From assembly GCA_964016885.1 (NCBI GenBank), contig OZ024759.1, positions 10,354,001 through 10,418,000 of the forward strand: 64,000 bases of DNA, written 5' to 3'. The first letter of the stretch is position 1. Each line of letters opens with the position of its first letter. A program made the translations under genes and the position numbers. Below, in pieces: positions 61,902 through 64,000 of the stretch. The notes below the pieces were generated by a model, which ran no database searches, had not been told where the DNA came from, and saw nothing but the letters and a program-made list of their open reading frames with translations. The stretch comes from Eledone cirrhosa (Eukaryota).

Positions 61902-63027
61902 TTCTATTAGTTTGCCGTAATAAATTTTTAACTGGAAAATTCGCCCCAAAAAGGGGCGAAAATAAATAAACTCAAAGTTTGACGACCAAGGCAAGGGGTT
62001 AACGTATATTACAGTATAAAAAAATTAATCAAAACTCACTTTTTGAGTAAGTAAATCCGACTCGGTAGCCGAGCTTGTTCACACACGTCAACACACGTCT
62101 CTCGTATACGAGATGTTATGTGAGATATTATGTGAGGTAAAACCTTTACTGTGAAAATACAATAATATATATAGAGTAATGTAAATGTTATGTGAGATAT
62201 TATGTGAGGTAAAGCCTTTACCATGACAATACAATAGTATATATAGAGTAATGTAAATGTTATGTGAGATATTATGTGAGGTAAAGCCTTTACTGTGAAA
62301 ATACAATAGTATATATAGAGTAATGTAAATGTTATGTGAGGTAAAGCCTTTACTGTGAAAATACAATAGTATATATAGAGTAATGTAAATGTTATGTGAG
62401 ATATTATGTGAGGTAAAGCCTTTACCATGACAATACAATAGTATATATAGAGTAATGTAAATGTTATGTGAGATATTATGTGAGGTAAAGCCTTTACCAT
62501 GAAAATACAATAGTATATATAGAGTAATGTAAATGTTATGTGAGATATTATGTGAGGTAAAGCCTTTACCATGAAAATACAATAGTATATATAGAGTAAT
62601 GTAAATGTTGTGTGAGATATTATGTGAGGTAAAGCCTTTACTGTGAAAATACAATAGTATATATAGAGTAATGTAAATGTTATGTGAGGTAAAGCCTTTA
62701 CTGTGAAAATACAATAGTATATATAGAGTAATGTAAATGTTATGTGAGATATTATGTGAGGTAAAGCCTTTACCATGACAATACAATAGTATATATAGAG
62801 TAATGTAAATGTTATGTGAGATATTATGTGAGGTAAAGCCTTTACTGTGAAAATACAATAGTATATATAGAGTAATGTAAATGTTATGTGAGGTAAAGCC
62901 TTTACCATGAAAATACAATAGTATATATAGAGTAATGTAAATGGTAAAGGGTTACACTTTTGTTGAATGTCAAGTTCTGGGGGTGAATATTACACCTGTT
63001 TCACTTTGGAGGTGATATTACACCTGT

Positions 63028-63580
63028 AAAAAAAAAAAACAATGGAATGGTTGCTGTGCAATATCGAATTGTTCTAGGTTGGGCAGCTTTCAACAAGAAC
63101 AAGGAAGTACCAACATCAAAACGAGTTTCCTATCATTTGATACTTACATCCCACCAGTTGTGTTATATGGTCTTGACTGTGTTAATTGGATGACAAGGTC
63201 ACTTCAGAAGCTCTCTATATTCCAGAACCACATCATGAGACTTATAACTGGCAAGCGGCTCAGCGACCTTGTCTGTATCAGTGAGCTGCTTAACATTACC
63301 AGACTTAGACCAATTACATCAATTGTCAAGTCAAGAGCACTCAAACTATACGGTCATATAAAAAGGTCAACTCGTGGTGTGAGTAGGTTATGCCTGGAAG
63401 GAAGGTTGGCTGGTAAGAGAAGAAGAGGCCAGCAGCCAAAATGATGGCTTGATAATGTGAACTTATGGACTGGACTTGATCTTTGCTCTTTAAACTCTGC
63501 TGCTGGTGATCGAACTTTGTGGAGAGAAATATATCATGTTGATGTGCAGTCTGTAACTGGCGGAGTTTAACGTCACAAGG
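63028..63580 (+). mobile_element. 5'-truncated RTE-like LINE fragment inserted in the 29-bp minisatellite
   Basis: ORF 63079..63444 (PVVLYG...FQNHIMR...LKLYGHIKR...GKRRRGQ); flanked by ATTACACCTGT at 63017-63027 and 63581-63591. Confidence 0.8.
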
Positions 63581-64000
63581 ATTACACCTGTTCAACTTTG
63601 GCGGTGAATATTACACCTGCTTCACTTTGGCGGTGAATATTACACCTGTTTCACTTTGGAGGTGAATATTACACCTGTTTCACTTTGGAGGTGAATATTA
63701 CACCTGTTTCACTTTGGCGGTGAATATTACACCTGTTCTACTTTGGCGGTGAATATTACACCTGTTTCACTTTGGAGGTGAATATTACACCTGTTTCACT
63801 TTGGCGGTGAATATTACACCTGTTCTACTTTGGCGGTGAATATTACACCTGTTTTACTTTGGTGGTGAATATTACACCTGTTCTACTTTGGCGGGGAATA
63901 TTACACCTGTTCTACTTTGGCGGGGAATATTACACCTGTTCTACTTTGGAGGTGAATATTACACCTGTTTCACTTTGGCGGTGAATATTACACCTGTTCT
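63581..64000. repeat. 29-bp minisatellite GGTGAATATTACACCTGTTTCACTTTGG(A/C), continues past window; 2 units also at 62980-63027
   Basis: Seen directly. Confidence 0.95.

Larger units (their letters stand above)
56475..62112 (-). mobile_element. Full-length L1/Tx1-like non-LTR retrotransposon (about 5.64 kb)
   Basis: Two intact ORFs separated by 21 nt; about 210-nt 5' UTR; 237-nt 3' UTR ending AATAAAGAAACC; sharp junctions with satellite. Confidence 0.93.
54522..62951 (+). mobile_element. Composite element: piggyBac-like MITE with 72-bp array interrupted by a full-length LINE
   Basis: TTAA|CCCTTTAACATTTA at 54518-54535; arrays about 54650-56474 and 62113-62940; TAAATGGTAAAGGG|TTAC at 62951. 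Confidence 0.85.

Noticed and set aside
63581-64000. 29-bp repeats of CRISPR-like length
   Set aside because: No spacers, no cas genes, eukaryotic context. No array in the window has unique spacers.

Overview
Eukaryotic, AT-rich and extremely repeat-dense genomic DNA. The SINE/LINE repertoire looks molluscan, probably cephalopod (Octopus-like); that is an inference. Only one host coding exon is recognisable: the large ATG-containing exon of ZRANB1/TRABID (31299-32615, +; three NZF zinc fingers, polyQ, AnkUBD). No downstream OTU exon is visible in the next 31 kb. The main mobile feature is an apparently intact 5.6-kb L1/Tx1-like retrotransposon (56475-62112, -; ORF1 with zinc knuckle, ORF2 APE-RT-CCHC). 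It sits inside the 72-bp internal tandem array of a TTAA-flanked piggyBac-like MITE, an architecture that parallels the Xenopus Tx1 composite elements. The rest is decayed RTE LINEs, tRNA-derived SINEs, a mariner remnant, Tc1/mariner-type MITEs, Helitron-like pieces, microsatellites and many minisatellites (22, 29, 45, 53, 56, 72, 123 bp). Several of these minisatellites visibly grew out of transposon sequence. Nearly all long ORFs in the track other than ZRANB1 and the two LINE ORFs are tandem-repeat artefacts. Copy numbers were estimated by eye.
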